A stretch of 64,000 bases of DNA from Candidatus Binatia bacterium (GTDB lineage Bacteria; Desulfobacterota; Binatia; UBA9968). The notes beneath the pieces are model-generated. The model was not told the origin of the DNA. It was given only the letters and a program-made list of their open reading frames with translations, and ran no database searches. Made by a program: the position numbers and the translations under genes. Of the stretch, positions 45,176-55,547 are shown one piece after another. Within the stretch, counting starts at the first letter, position 1; each line of letters opens with the position of its first letter. The stretch covers positions 7,637 through 71,636 of the forward strand of contig DASYRN010000045.1 in the NCBI GenBank assembly GCA_036004365.1, written 5' to 3'.

Positions 45176-46579
45176 TTAAGGTTTATCGTTCGGGACGAGG
45201 AGTCGGGCGAGCTTCCCGGCGTCTTCGAGCCTGTCTAGACTTTCAATCGTATCTTGGAGTTCGTCGATACGGGACGGCGAAAGGACTCGCGAGGCAAGCA
45301 GGCGAAATTTTTCGCTGACCTCGACGCGTGTCATGGGATGCTTATCACTTCCCTTGGCGTGAAGCACTTTGGCCCCGTAGCTCTTCCCGTCTCTCGTCTC
45401 GACCTCTAGAATCACGCCGTGGCGCCCTTCGTCTCCTAGGGCCTCGAGCTCGGTATCTTCAACCACCTCGATCTTTTTCGTCGTATTCAGGACGTCAGCC
45501 CTGTTTATGGATTTCTCCGTCACCTGATCGACGAAGAAGTCCCGGTCGTGGAGCAACACCGCAACACAATAAAGAAGATTCATTTGCGCCGTGGTCAGGC
45601 TGTTCGGCACATAAGGCCAACCGACATGAAGCTTGGTGGCGCGGGTTGTGCGGATGGTGATTTTTTCCGCGTTCTCCGCGCTTACGTCGGGGTGCTCACG
45701 GAGAATTTTCTTGAGCGCATCGATCGAAGTGTGATTGCTGCCGCAGCAAGGATAAGGTTTGAAGCCGACGTTCAGGGCCTCGAACCGTTCGCCAAGATCT
45801 CGCGTCAGGTGGGATAGGTTGGGATTGTCGCAGAAGGTCGAGCAGAAGCCTCCATAAGGCGCTTCGAGAATATCCTCGATTCCGGTAAATCCCTTAGCGG
45901 CGAGCAGTGCTCCGTACACACCTGCCTGTGATGCCCTACCAGGGTGCATGCGCTTTACCATCGAAGCTTGTTGGGCAGCCATAAGGCCCGCGGCCTGAGT
46001 GCCAGCGATTCCCAAGGCGTGGAGTGTCTCTGACGGATCAAGTCCAAGCATTTTTGCCGCCGCGGCTCCAGCAGCGAAGGTTCCTGAGGTGGCCGTAGGG
46101 TGGAAGCCCCGGCGCAACTGGGAAGCGCCCCCTGTCATGGCCACGCGGCAGCCTGCCTCATAACCAGCGATTACAGCCGTAAGGAATCTCTTGCCGTCTG
46201 TCGCGCCGTCGTAGCGTACCAGGGCATCTGCCGCAGGTATCGCTTCGGCGCCCGGGTGGATGACGCCGACGCGGTGAAGATCGTCCATTTCAAAGCTGTG
46301 GATCAAGGTACCATTGGCCAACGGCGCGCTCGTGCTGGGAACCTCTGCGCCATCGCCCCAGAGAAGAGCCCCTTTGCCCGCGCCTAGCTCCTTTGCAAAG
46401 CCTGTGATGATTTTTCCCCAAGGAAGGGTCGAGCCGAAAAGGGCGCATCCGAGAGAATCGAGTAGGCAGAGCTTGACGTGTGAGATGACCTCTCCGGGAA
46501 TATCACTGTACGAAAGCGACGATACAAACTGCGCGAGAGCGCGGGTGGGCGAGGTCTCTGGGCTTTGACTCGTTAACAT
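45176..46579 (-). CDS. MmgE/PrpD-family protein
   Basis: 467 aa; N-terminal ...FVSSLSYSDIPGEVISHVKLCLLDSLGCALFGS pattern of MmgE/PrpD. Confidence 0.85.
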   Translation of the reverse strand: MLTSQSPETSPTRALAQFVSSLSYSDIPGEVISHVKLCLLDSLGCALFGSTLPWGKIITGFAKELGAGKGALLWGDGAEVPSTSAPLANGTLIHSFEMDDLHRVGVIHPGAEAIPAADALVRYDGATDGKRFLTAVIAGYEAGCRVAMTGGASQLRRGFHPTATSGTFAAGAAAAKMLGLDPSETLHALGIAGTQAAGLMAAQQASMVKRMHPGRASQAGVYGALLAAKGFTGIEDILEAPYGGFCSTFCDNPNLSHLTRDLGERFEALNVGFKPYPCCGSNHTSIDALKKILREHPDVSAENAEKITIRTTRATKLHVGWPYVPNSLTTAQMNLLYCVAVLLHDRDFFVDQVTEKSINRADVLNTTKKIEVVEDTELEALGDEGRHGVILEVETRDGKSYGAKVLHAKGSDKHPMTRVEVSEKFRLLASRVLSPSRIDELQDTIESLDRLEDAGKLARLLVPNDKP

Positions 46580-46664
46580 GAGGTTCGATCAACCGGATAG
46601 ATTTTGCCCATCCTCTTATTGTATACGTGGTTCTGTCAAGGCCCAGGAACACGAGGGAGGAAAA

Positions 46665-47735
46665 ATGCGCCTGCAAAAGTGGTCTCTGGTTGGGGTGATC
46701 CTGGCGATCTTCGCTTCTCCCCATCGCAGCTATGCACAGTCGGCCGGAGAGATCCTCAAGCGCTACGAAGGGCTGAGCCCAAAGCAGCGCCAGGAAAAGC
46801 TCGTTGAGGGCGCGCGGAAGGAAGCAGCAGTCGTGATTTACAGTTTTACCGCAGTCGACCAGCTCACGCCATTACTTGAAGAATTCTACAAGAAATACCC
46901 GTTTGTTAAACCAGAGCACTACAGGGCCAACGCCTCAGGCGTTTTTAATAAGTTTATCACCGAGGCGCGCGCCGGCCGGACCCTGGCCGATGTGCTCGAT
47001 ATCTCGGCGGGCGAAGCCTATACCCTACGCCAGATGGGACTCGTCGATCCTTATTCTTCTCCCTTTAGAGAAGGGATTCCAAAAGATTTTCTGGACGAGC
47101 GAGGGTATTGGGCCGCGCATTACCACTTCGTAGTCGCCTTGGGCGCTAATACCAGAGCCATCAGCGCCTCGGAGGCACCGAGAAGCTACGGAGAGCTACT
47201 CAACCCGAAATGGAAAGGGCGCTTCTCGCTGGATCCCGCTGATCAAGATCTTTTTGGTGCGCTGCTGATGTATTGGGGGAAAGAGAAGACGCTTGACTAT
47301 TTTAAAAATCTCGCAAAACTCGAACCCCGGATGGTCACCGGCCACACGCAACAAGCCAATCTCGTTGGGTCGGGCGAGATTCACATGGCTCCGTGGCTTT
47401 ACGGCTATCGTCCGCTTCAATTAAAGGACGAGGGAGCTCCGGTTGAGGTCTTTCTCTTTGATCCTGTTCTCACCAACCCCGCTTATCTTTTGCTGGCGAA
47501 GAATTCTCCTCACGCTCACGCGGCCGCGCTCCTGATCGATTGGGCTCTTTCCGCTGACGGAGGGATGAAGTTTTTTGCCGAGAAATTCGGTCGAACGCCT
47601 ACTCGGCCGGGACTCAAGGAGAGGTTTCCACAACTTCGGGTGGAGAAATACCTCGTCGTCAAACCCGAAGTCGTCGGGCCAAACTTCAAAGAGTTCACCA
47701 AGGTCTATAACGAGATTTTTGCGATTGGTAAGTAG
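46665..47735 (+). CDS. periplasmic solute-binding protein, ABC family 1 (Fe3+/polyamine-type), orphan
   Basis: Signal peptide; SBP_bac_1-like; paralog of 50047..51153; GGAGG Shine-Dalgarno sequence. Confidence 0.7.
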   Translation: MRLQKWSLVGVILAIFASPHRSYAQSAGEILKRYEGLSPKQRQEKLVEGARKEAAVVIYSFTAVDQLTPLLEEFYKKYPFVKPEHYRANASGVFNKFITEARAGRTLADVLDISAGEAYTLRQMGLVDPYSSPFREGIPKDFLDERGYWAAHYHFVVALGANTRAISASEAPRSYGELLNPKWKGRFSLDPADQDLFGALLMYWGKEKTLDYFKNLAKLEPRMVTGHTQQANLVGSGEIHMAPWLYGYRPLQLKDEGAPVEVFLFDPVLTNPAYLLLAKNSPHAHAAALLIDWALSADGGMKFFAEKFGRTPTRPGLKERFPQLRVEKYLVVKPEVVGPNFKEFTKVYNEIFAIGK

Positions 47736-47741
47736 GGAGGT

Positions 47742-48677
47742 TTATTTTTTCCCGCGAAAACGGAACAGTTCGACGAGCTTTCGCCGAACCACCTCCTCGC
47801 CGCCCGGCAGGATGTCAAACTTTGTTGTGTTATCCATCTTTTGCATTATTTTCCGGCCTTCGTCATCTTGATGCATCGAAAGCAAGGTCTCCTGAAGACG
47901 CTTGGCCACCTCCGGATGCAAACCCCTGCGAATAGAAACGAGATGGCGTGGAACCGTCTCCGTTTCGGCCAGGATAGCGATCTCGGCCCTTGCTTTCTCG
48001 TCAAGCGTGGCGTAGTCGTCATCGCTAAACGCACCAGCCATCACCTTCTTTGAGAGAAGGAGGTCAGCGATATTTTTGTGTGTAGAGGCAAAGATGTAGC
48101 CAATCTCCTTAGGAGAAACCTTGGCTTCGAGCCCGGGTTTTTCGGTAAGTCTGAATCCCTTCCTTAGAAGGAAGACCTTTGGCAAAAGATAGGCTGAAGT
48201 AGACCCGGGATCCTCGAAGGCGATGATCTTACCCTGTAGGTCTTCAAGCCGGGCTATGCCGCTCTCTTTGCTCGTGGCAAGGATGCCTCGATATTCGCCC
48301 TTCCCCCCCTTCCAACGCCTGAGCAACAATCTCGCGGACCCTTGCCTGTTGATGAGATAGGTCGGATAGGGGCTTTCCATATAAAAATCAACCCGCTTCT
48401 CCTCAAGCAGCTTTGCGAGTTGTAGCGCTGTCGGAGCCACAACAACCGTTCCTTTGATCTCGGAAGTGGAGGAGAGTTTTCGCGCGACATAACCCACAAA
48501 ATCGCGGAAATGCTCCTCGATCTCCTTCTGATGTATTTGAGAGACGAGTCCTAAAGAGATCGTTTTAACTGTGCCGGTCTCCGGCGCCTGTCCGGCAGCT
48601 TCAAGCTCAGGGGTTAGGAGAGAAACAAGAGCGGCAACGGCAAATATGAGGGAGGCATGATGTGTGTGTCTCTTCAT
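47742..48677 (-). CDS. PhnD/SsuA-like periplasmic substrate-binding protein, orphan
   Basis: Signal peptide; PhnD-like fold pattern. Confidence 0.65.
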   Translation of the reverse strand: MKRHTHHASLIFAVAALVSLLTPELEAAGQAPETGTVKTISLGLVSQIHQKEIEEHFRDFVGYVARKLSSTSEIKGTVVVAPTALQLAKLLEEKRVDFYMESPYPTYLINRQGSARLLLRRWKGGKGEYRGILATSKESGIARLEDLQGKIIAFEDPGSTSAYLLPKVFLLRKGFRLTEKPGLEAKVSPKEIGYIFASTHKNIADLLLSKKVMAGAFSDDDYATLDEKARAEIAILAETETVPRHLVSIRRGLHPEVAKRLQETLLSMHQDDEGRKIMQKMDNTTKFDILPGGEEVVRRKLVELFRFRGKK

Positions 48678-48965
48678 GACGACCTGTCACAGCCGGGAAT
48701 TTGCCGCGGGAGAACCCGAGAGCAATGGCGAACGACAAAGCCCACGCTACGTATATATAAACGAGGCAAACTTGGCAAGAATGAAAACAGATTCGGAAGC
48801 ACCTGGTGTCGCAAATCCTCGCCAAACGCCGAAACGACTCCGGGGAGGCCGGCTGTTTCACACCGGTGTATGAGGTCAGTGGACAGGCACGGAGAGGTTG
48901 TAATATAAGCAGTCTTGTCGTGGCTGCCGGGCGATTGCGGCGACACCAAAATCGGAGGTGAGATC

Positions 48966-50027
48966 ATGTGGTACAAAGCGAAGGCGCTCGATTTATTCGG
49001 AGTGGCGTTGGGATTCGGCTGCTTAGTGATTTTTCCCAAAGACGCTTTCTCTCAGGCCGGCTACTACCAGGGGAAGACCATCACGATTGTTCGGGGCGGG
49101 GAACCGGGGGGCTCAGGGGATATGCAGGCCAGGGCGTTGATACCGTTCCTCAAAAAACATATTCCCGGGAATCCGAATATTATCGTGGAGAACATGCCCG
49201 GCGCCGCCGGGATGAAAGCGGTCAACCATATTTATACGGCGAAGCCCGATGGGCTCACGATCACCGCCGTCGGCTCCGGCCTCGCCGCAGGCCCGATCCT
49301 CGGCTTGCCGGGAGTAAAATACGACATCGATAAGCTGATTTATCTGGGGTCGACGGAGCATGGCGATCCCTATGTCTTTTTAAGCCGGAAAGAAGCCGGT
49401 TTCGACAGTCTGGAAAAGCTGCGTGCTGCGTCGGGGATCAGGCTCGGTGCGCAAACCGTGGGCCACGCGGTTTATATTAGCGGGCGTATCTTCGCGCATC
49501 TTCTGGGTCTCAAGGATCCCAAGGTCGTTGTCGGCTTTGGAGGACCAGAGCTCGACATCGCTTTGGCCCGAGGCGAGGTTGACGCCAGAGCGAACAGCGC
49601 GGATACGGTGGTGCGCAGAAACGCCGATGCGCTGGAAAAAGGTCAGTTCAACATTCACGCCACCATCACGATTCCAAAAGGGAAGTTTCACCCGCGCTTC
49701 GCGAACGTCCCCGATGTGGAGACGCTTGCTAAAAACGACAAAGAGCGCCAACTGGTAAATCTGTTCCGCGCGTTTCTCTATCCGCGTTGGCCTTACGTGC
49801 TGCCGCCAGGCACCCCCGCGGAAATCGTCAAGGTCCTGCGCGAAGGGATGGTCAAGGCCTTTAAGGACCCGGGTTTTCACCAGGAATTTAAAAAACTCAT
49901 GGCGAGCGATCCATCCCCTCTCACCGGAGAAGAGGTGGAGACATCCATTAGAGAGCTGCCGCGCGATCCCGAGGTCATTGGACTATATAAAAAGATGGCC
50001 GAGCATGGACCGCTGCCGCCGCGCTAG
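48966..50027 (+). CDS. Bug/TctC-family tripartite tricarboxylate transporter substrate-binding protein, orphan
   Basis: IVRGGEPGGSGDMQARALIPFLKKHIPGNPNIIVENMPGAAG matches the TctC motif. Confidence 0.75.
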   Translation: MWYKAKALDLFGVALGFGCLVIFPKDAFSQAGYYQGKTITIVRGGEPGGSGDMQARALIPFLKKHIPGNPNIIVENMPGAAGMKAVNHIYTAKPDGLTITAVGSGLAAGPILGLPGVKYDIDKLIYLGSTEHGDPYVFLSRKEAGFDSLEKLRAASGIRLGAQTVGHAVYISGRIFAHLLGLKDPKVVVGFGGPELDIALARGEVDARANSADTVVRRNADALEKGQFNIHATITIPKGKFHPRFANVPDVETLAKNDKERQLVNLFRAFLYPRWPYVLPPGTPAEIVKVLREGMVKAFKDPGFHQEFKKLMASDPSPLTGEEVETSIRELPRDPEVIGLYKKMAEHGPLPPR

Positions 50028-50046
50028 GGTGGGCATTTCCTTTCAT

Positions 50047-51153
50047 CTATCTCCTGCTGATGAAGAGCTGCCGCATTAGAGCTTCCCACTCAGCAAATCT
50101 CTTCTCATACTCTTCGAGAGAGTATTTGGCCTCGAGGTAGGTTTTCTTGAATTTCGTCTCCAACGAGCCGATGTCGCTCCGCGGCGAGTTCAGGCCGCCT
50201 TTCATCGCAACTTGCTGTCCCTCTCTTGAATGGATGTAGTCAAGGAAAAGAAGCGCAGCATGGGGATGGGGAACCTTGTTGAGCAACCCGGACTTGCCGA
50301 CGCTCGCAATCACCGGCTCTAAAGGACGCCACTCGACGGGAGCTCCCTTCTGCCTGGCCGTGGTGATATTGGAGTCGAAGATTGTGGGAGAAAGCGGCAC
50401 CTCGCCAGAGGCCACGAGACCTGCCAGCGCCGCTCCCGACATGTTTTGGACGTTCACCTGCTGTTGGCTCATCTTTTCGAGAAACTCGCGGCCCATCCCC
50501 TCCAGCAGATTTCCCACCCACTGGACCCCCGTAGTCGTGCCGGCAATGGACATTTTTCCCTTCCATTTGGGATCGAGGAGATCTTTCAGGCTCCGAGGCG
50601 CCTCGGCCGGCGGCACGAGCTTGGTGTTGAATCCCAGACTGATATAGATCTCTCGATTCGCCCAATAAACAACGCCGTTTTTTCCTTTCGTCTTCACTTC
50701 GTCGCCATAAAAAGCCATCTCAGGCGAATAGTGTTCTTGGAGCATGTCGTTTTTATGCAACAGCGCCATGTATTCAGGGCTCGTCTCCAAGACGTCGGCG
50801 ATGAGGCGGCCTGAGGCATATTCCTCTGTGACACGCTTGAGCAATTCCTTAGAGTCGCTGCGCCATACCATGACCTTAACGAACGGGTATTTCTTTTCGA
50901 ATGCCTGGGGCAACGCGCTCGCCATCCACGTGTTCGATGTGTAAAACGTCACTTGTCCTTCTTTCTTGGCCCCTTCGATCAAGAGCGGCTCCCTGTCGCG
51001 GCCTTGATAAAGGGCGATCTCGGCAAGCGCTTTGGGCTTACTGGCGGTCGCTGCAAGGCCTGGGGTTGGCAGCGACAGGAACCCGGCCGTCAGCAGAGAG
51101 CCTGCCACTATGAAAAAGCGCGAAGATTGGAAGCGGGCAAACCGGCAAAGCAT
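50047..51153 (-). CDS. periplasmic solute-binding protein, ABC family 1, orphan (paralog of 46665..47735)
   Basis: Signal peptide; shared KKYPFVK...DLLDPKWKG motifs with the paralog. Confidence 0.7.
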   Translation of the reverse strand: MLCRFARFQSSRFFIVAGSLLTAGFLSLPTPGLAATASKPKALAEIALYQGRDREPLLIEGAKKEGQVTFYTSNTWMASALPQAFEKKYPFVKVMVWRSDSKELLKRVTEEYASGRLIADVLETSPEYMALLHKNDMLQEHYSPEMAFYGDEVKTKGKNGVVYWANREIYISLGFNTKLVPPAEAPRSLKDLLDPKWKGKMSIAGTTTGVQWVGNLLEGMGREFLEKMSQQQVNVQNMSGAALAGLVASGEVPLSPTIFDSNITTARQKGAPVEWRPLEPVIASVGKSGLLNKVPHPHAALLFLDYIHSREGQQVAMKGGLNSPRSDIGSLETKFKKTYLEAKYSLEEYEKRFAEWEALMRQLFISRR

Positions 51154-51197
51154 AAGAAAGCATCCTCCCACTATTTTGTACTTTAGAGGCTATGAAT

Positions 51198-51845
51198 CTA
51201 AAATTTCTTCCACGGGTTGATCCCCAACTCTACATGCTTTCGGTATAACATGGCTACATAGATAAAATCGAAAATGAATATGGACACATAAAGAAAGTTC
51301 AGAAGAACCGAGGCGGGAAAGCGAAGAAAAAACAGTATCGACGGCAATAAAGTTCCGAGCATCTTAAATAAGGCTATATAAATCGACTGGCCACTCACGT
51401 CTCTCCGATTCAGCAGCATCGATATAAACAAAACAGACATCATAAGATTTTGCCCGAAGGCTGCGTACTTGCCGTCCCAGTCTTTGAACTCATAGGTTAT
51501 GGCCAGGATGGCGCCAAAACTTAGGATTAGCGTTACAAGGAAAGTAAGATAGAAAAAGCGCGCCGGCAGTATTTGATTCAAGGCCTTCCCTCCGAAGCGG
51601 AGAGTTTGAAAGACGATGATCGTATCAAAGGCAAACCAAGCGATATTGATATAATTCTGAGGAGGCTCGTGCGGGTGCATGAAGGAAAATATAAATTCCC
51701 AGGAGATATTCGCCGATAGAGCCGCTACCGGCATCCCATAAGTCTTGTCCTGGAATCCCACTCGGAGGATCAAGATATAGGCCAAGGTCCAGAAGACTCC
51801 CGATCCGATCTGCAAGCTCAAGCTTATCTCAGGAGGAACCGCCAT
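51198..51845 (-). CDS. polytopic membrane protein of unknown family in a low-GC patch
   Basis: About 6 predicted TM segments; local GC is roughly 40-45% versus ~60% for neighbours. Confidence 0.5.
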   Translation of the reverse strand: MAVPPEISLSLQIGSGVFWTLAYILILRVGFQDKTYGMPVAALSANISWEFIFSFMHPHEPPQNYINIAWFAFDTIIVFQTLRFGGKALNQILPARFFYLTFLVTLILSFGAILAITYEFKDWDGKYAAFGQNLMMSVLFISMLLNRRDVSGQSIYIALFKMLGTLLPSILFFLRFPASVLLNFLYVSIFIFDFIYVAMLYRKHVELGINPWKKF

Positions 51846-52091
51846 AACATACCGCTTTTGCGGATGCTAACTTACTCTCCCCGTTTTTAGCAATGACGGC
51901 CAGCATGAAAGGTAGAGCGTTGGTATCCGTAAGCCGCTTCATCTAAGTCATTTCGACATTTCGGGAATTCTCGAAGCATGGAAGCGTGGCAGAAGCTCCC
52001 GCTGGAATTGAATGTGCGGGCGGCAGCGGCGGGTGTCGTCAACTATGTCGGTGCAAAACGATGGCGAAGATGAGAGAATGCGCCGGGAACG

Positions 52092-53183
52092 ATGCGCATC
52101 GTCGTGCATGTCGATATGGACGCGTTCTACGCCGCCGTGGAGGAGCGGTACAATCCTCAATTGCGCGGCCTTCCTGTGGTCGTAGGAGCCGACCCTAAAG
52201 AAGGAAGAGGACGAGGCGTGGTGACGACGGCCAACTACACGGCGCGCAGGTTCGGCATCCACTCGGCCCTGCCGATCTCACGCGCGTGGCGGCTTGCAGA
52301 AGCCGCTCGGAAGCGAGGCGAGCCCGCAGCGGTCTTCATCCGGACGAACTTCCAGCTGTATGGGGAGGTTTCGGCCCGCATCATGCAGATTCTCGAAAGC
52401 CGGGCCGATTCTTTTGAAGAGGCGAGCATCGATGAGGCCTATCTCGAAATCTCATCGCTTGGGAGCTTTGAGGTCGCAGTAGGGCACATGAGTGCGTTAA
52501 AGACCGAGATCCGGGACAAGGAGGAGCTTAGCTGCTCCGTCGGCATCGGTCCAAACAAGCTTATCGCCAAAATTGCCTCGGGCCACAACAAGCCTGACGG
52601 CCTCACCGTTGTGAGGCCGGAGCAGGTCCAGGAGTTCCTCGATCCTCTCCCTATCCGCGTGATTCCCGGCATCGGGCCCAAGGGCGAGGCCTTCCTCCAC
52701 GAGCAAAAGATTCAGACCGTAAAAGAGCTGCGGGAAATTCCCGGCTCAAAGCTCATGGACTGGTTTGGAAAATGGGGTCATAGTCTTTTTGAAAAGGCTC
52801 GGGGCGTCGATGACTCACCGGTTTCAAACGAGTGGACGAGAAAGTCGGCGGGCGAGCAGGAAACATTCGATCAGGACACCCGAAGCCTTTCTTTTGTTAC
52901 CGAGCGGCTTTATGCGATCGCCGAGCGGGTCATCGGCAAACTCAGGGAAAAAGAGTTCGCCGGTTTCCGCACTGTCACCTTGACGGTGCGCTTTTCCGGT
53001 TTTGAAACTAAGAACCGTTCCCGCAGCTTCAAGAATGGAATCGTGCTCGACAACGATGGAGTGGCGCTCCAACTCCTCAAGCAGGAGACCCTAAAACTCG
53101 TACTTCCTTTTTTCGACTCGCGGGAAAACCCGCGGGGAAAGGCGATCCGGCTCATCGGCCTCCGCCTGGAAAAACTTTTCTGA
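52092..53183 (+). CDS. dinB: DNA polymerase IV (Y-family)
   Basis: HVDMDAFYAAVE...; SIDEAYLE; 363 aa. Confidence 0.9.
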   Translation: MRIVVHVDMDAFYAAVEERYNPQLRGLPVVVGADPKEGRGRGVVTTANYTARRFGIHSALPISRAWRLAEAARKRGEPAAVFIRTNFQLYGEVSARIMQILESRADSFEEASIDEAYLEISSLGSFEVAVGHMSALKTEIRDKEELSCSVGIGPNKLIAKIASGHNKPDGLTVVRPEQVQEFLDPLPIRVIPGIGPKGEAFLHEQKIQTVKELREIPGSKLMDWFGKWGHSLFEKARGVDDSPVSNEWTRKSAGEQETFDQDTRSLSFVTERLYAIAERVIGKLREKEFAGFRTVTLTVRFSGFETKNRSRSFKNGIVLDNDGVALQLLKQETLKLVLPFFDSRENPRGKAIRLIGLRLEKLF

Positions 53184-53429
53184 GATGATCCTCCACGTTT
53201 CATCGATTCAACTTTAGCCGCTGCGATGGATAGTACATTTTAGGCCTTTGCCGGCTAAGAATTGCGGCCCTATCGTCCCACAAGTCTCTTCAAATTTCCT
53301 GAAGAATTAACGGCTTAGTTACCTGCTGGCCGTGGTATATGCCTTGCATAATGGTAAACAGTAAGAGCCCTCGACAGCGACGGAACCAGGTCGAACAGGA
53401 TCACCAACATCGAGAGACGGAAGGCTAAG

Positions 53430-54440
53430 ATGGCAATAGCAGCATTAAGACCATTCATCGGAAGTTTACCGGCATCGGTATCGAAGTGTGATGAAGGAGG
53501 CACCGTGAAAGGAAGAGGAAGATATTTGGCTGTCGTTCATTCAGTCCATCTAAGCTGTCTTGCTTTTGCGAGCTTCTTCGCATTAGTTCCAGTTTTAGCT
53601 TCCCAGGCTCAGATGGATCCGATTCCAACGGAGGAAAACCGCATGCGAGAGCTGGTTGATGACCTAAAAGATCTCATCCAGAAGGCGGACGGAGACGACA
53701 GATCAGAGCCTGGGTTGCTTCGGCAGCTCCGCGACCTCGTGGGCCGTTACGATTGGCCGTGGAGAGTGTTGCTCTTACGCGAGGATTTTCGCGATGGCGA
53801 TTATACTTACGATCCGCCATGGATCGTGAACCACGGGGAGTTCCGGGTCGTGAACGGATCCGGACTTAAAACTGTCTTTCACCCAGTACGCCAAGGCCGT
53901 TATTTAGCGGACACGAAAGGCGAAAATCCCGTGGACGTTTTGGACGAAATTTTTGGCCGCGTGAGAGAACGGGAAGAAAAAGATGATCTTCAGAGAACTT
54001 CACCATCCGCAGCCGAAATCTACACTCAGCTCGATATCAGTAACGCTTTTGCCGTGAAGGTTCAGCTTAAGCTTAGCGGATACCACGACCGGAACAATCG
54101 ACTTGAATTGGGTCCCTATCTGACTGATGAGCGCAACTCGGGATATCGGCTTGCCTATGAGTCTGGAAACGGGCCGTCTATAAGCTTGTTGCGAGTTGCG
54201 CCGGGCAGTTCGGCGGTCATTGAGATATGGGATCGAGGAGTCGACGTGGAAGACGGGAACCCGCACATCATTGAGTGGCGCCGCCGAGCTGACGGTGAAA
54301 TGGTAGTGTTTTTGGATGCCAAAGAAATCATCCGGGCCATGGACCGCGCCCCAATAGATTGGTTTGATGGCTTTAGTATTATCAATAAGGGCGGCGATTA
54401 CGAATTGACGGAAATCTCTATCTTTGGAGCCTACCGGTAA
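53430..54440 (+). CDS. hypothetical secreted protein
   Basis: Internal hydrophobic signal-like stretch CLAFASFFALVPVLASQA; no recognised domain. Confidence 0.45.
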   Translation: MAIAALRPFIGSLPASVSKCDEGGTVKGRGRYLAVVHSVHLSCLAFASFFALVPVLASQAQMDPIPTEENRMRELVDDLKDLIQKADGDDRSEPGLLRQLRDLVGRYDWPWRVLLLREDFRDGDYTYDPPWIVNHGEFRVVNGSGLKTVFHPVRQGRYLADTKGENPVDVLDEIFGRVREREEKDDLQRTSPSAAEIYTQLDISNAFAVKVQLKLSGYHDRNNRLELGPYLTDERNSGYRLAYESGNGPSISLLRVAPGSSAVIEIWDRGVDVEDGNPHIIEWRRRADGEMVVFLDAKEIIRAMDRAPIDWFDGFSIINKGGDYELTEISIFGAYR

Positions 54441-54584
54441 AACAAGTCATTCTACGTCGCTGCTGCGAGATATTCTTTGTTGATACTTCTTCTTTCCAGA
54501 CACTTTTCCTCTCCAGGATTGTAAAGATATTCAGGCTGGACCAAGGCGCACGGCGGACTCTGCTGTCCAGAGTTTTCGATGGTG

Positions 54585-55511
54585 TCAGGAGCGCCAAAGG
54601 TTGCGGAACCGGACAGCCACCACTTGGTCGTAGGGCACCGGGCCGGGCAGCAGGCCGGCGGATTGGGCGAATCGGTTGAGCCCAGCGATGGCCTCTTCGG
54701 AGATGACGGGATCGTAGAAGGGCAAGTCCCGGTCGACGATCGGTGCAATTAGCTCCGCAGCCTCCGGAGGAAAGCGGCGCCGCCCCACCTCTGCGGCCTG
54801 CGCTGGTTCTGCCCGGAGGGCTCGTTGAGTTTTCACGATGGCTCGGACAGCTGCCGCGGCGCGCTCCGGGTCCCGCGCGATCAGCGTCTCAGTCGTGGCG
54901 AGCGCAGCAAACGTGAAGTGGCGGACTTCGGCTGGGTCATCGCCGCGCCGCACATCGAGGAGGATCTTGCCCACACCCCGCCGGACCGCGGCCTCGCTAC
55001 CCATCGCGTTGGCCCAGAAGCCATCGATCTGGCCCGCCTCCAGAGCGCGGGCCGCGAACACGCCAAAGGAGACATCGCGCGCCCGGGAGCCCGGCAGCTC
55101 CACGATCTGCAGCTCTAGGTCCGGATCGATTCCGGCATCGATCAGCATCTGTCGTAGCGCCAGGTCGGGTCCCTCCGCCGCCGTGAGCCGAAGCCCCTTC
55201 AACGCCCGAATGTCGCCGCGCTTTGCGGGGAGATCGGCACGGACGACGAGAAGCCAGGGGGTCCCTTGGGAGAGGGCCACGATCAGCTTCGCCCCTTGCC
55301 AGCGGGGAAACGCCGTCAAGAGGTCATGCACCGAACCGGCGACCATGGCATCTGCGGCGCCGTCCCGCAGCGCTTTAGTCGCCCCAAGCATGGGGAAGAG
55401 TTCCACATGGGCATCCAGACCCTCGGCACTGTAGAAGCCTAGCTCCTCAGCGGCGAGCGCGGGGAAACAGGTATTGCTGACGAGGTCGACCGCTGCGATG
55501 CGCATGTGCAC
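54585..55511 (-). CDS. NMT1/THI5-like (SsuA/TauA-type) substrate-binding-domain protein without signal peptide
   Basis: 308 aa; very GC-rich codon usage (about 68-70%); NMT1-like pattern. Confidence 0.6.
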   Translation of the reverse strand: MHMRIAAVDLVSNTCFPALAAEELGFYSAEGLDAHVELFPMLGATKALRDGAADAMVAGSVHDLLTAFPRWQGAKLIVALSQGTPWLLVVRADLPAKRGDIRALKGLRLTAAEGPDLALRQMLIDAGIDPDLELQIVELPGSRARDVSFGVFAARALEAGQIDGFWANAMGSEAAVRRGVGKILLDVRRGDDPAEVRHFTFAALATTETLIARDPERAAAAVRAIVKTQRALRAEPAQAAEVGRRRFPPEAAELIAPIVDRDLPFYDPVISEEAIAGLNRFAQSAGLLPGPVPYDQVVAVRFRNLWRS

Positions 55512-55547
55512 GGCACCACTACTCCTGAACTTCTTTGTTCGTAAGAT

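Noticed and set aside
46580-46664. Looked for a cobalamin riboswitch (B12 box GCCACTG) ahead of the RdhA-like/PrpD cluster and the SBP gene
   Set aside because: No B12-box or conserved riboswitch core seen in the divergent spacer.
51846-52091. Looked for a LexA/SOS box upstream of dinB
   Set aside because: Neither CTGT-N8-ACAG, GAAC-N4-GTTC nor GTTC-N7-GTTC type boxes were found; only a GAATTCTC partial repeat. Regulation is unknown.
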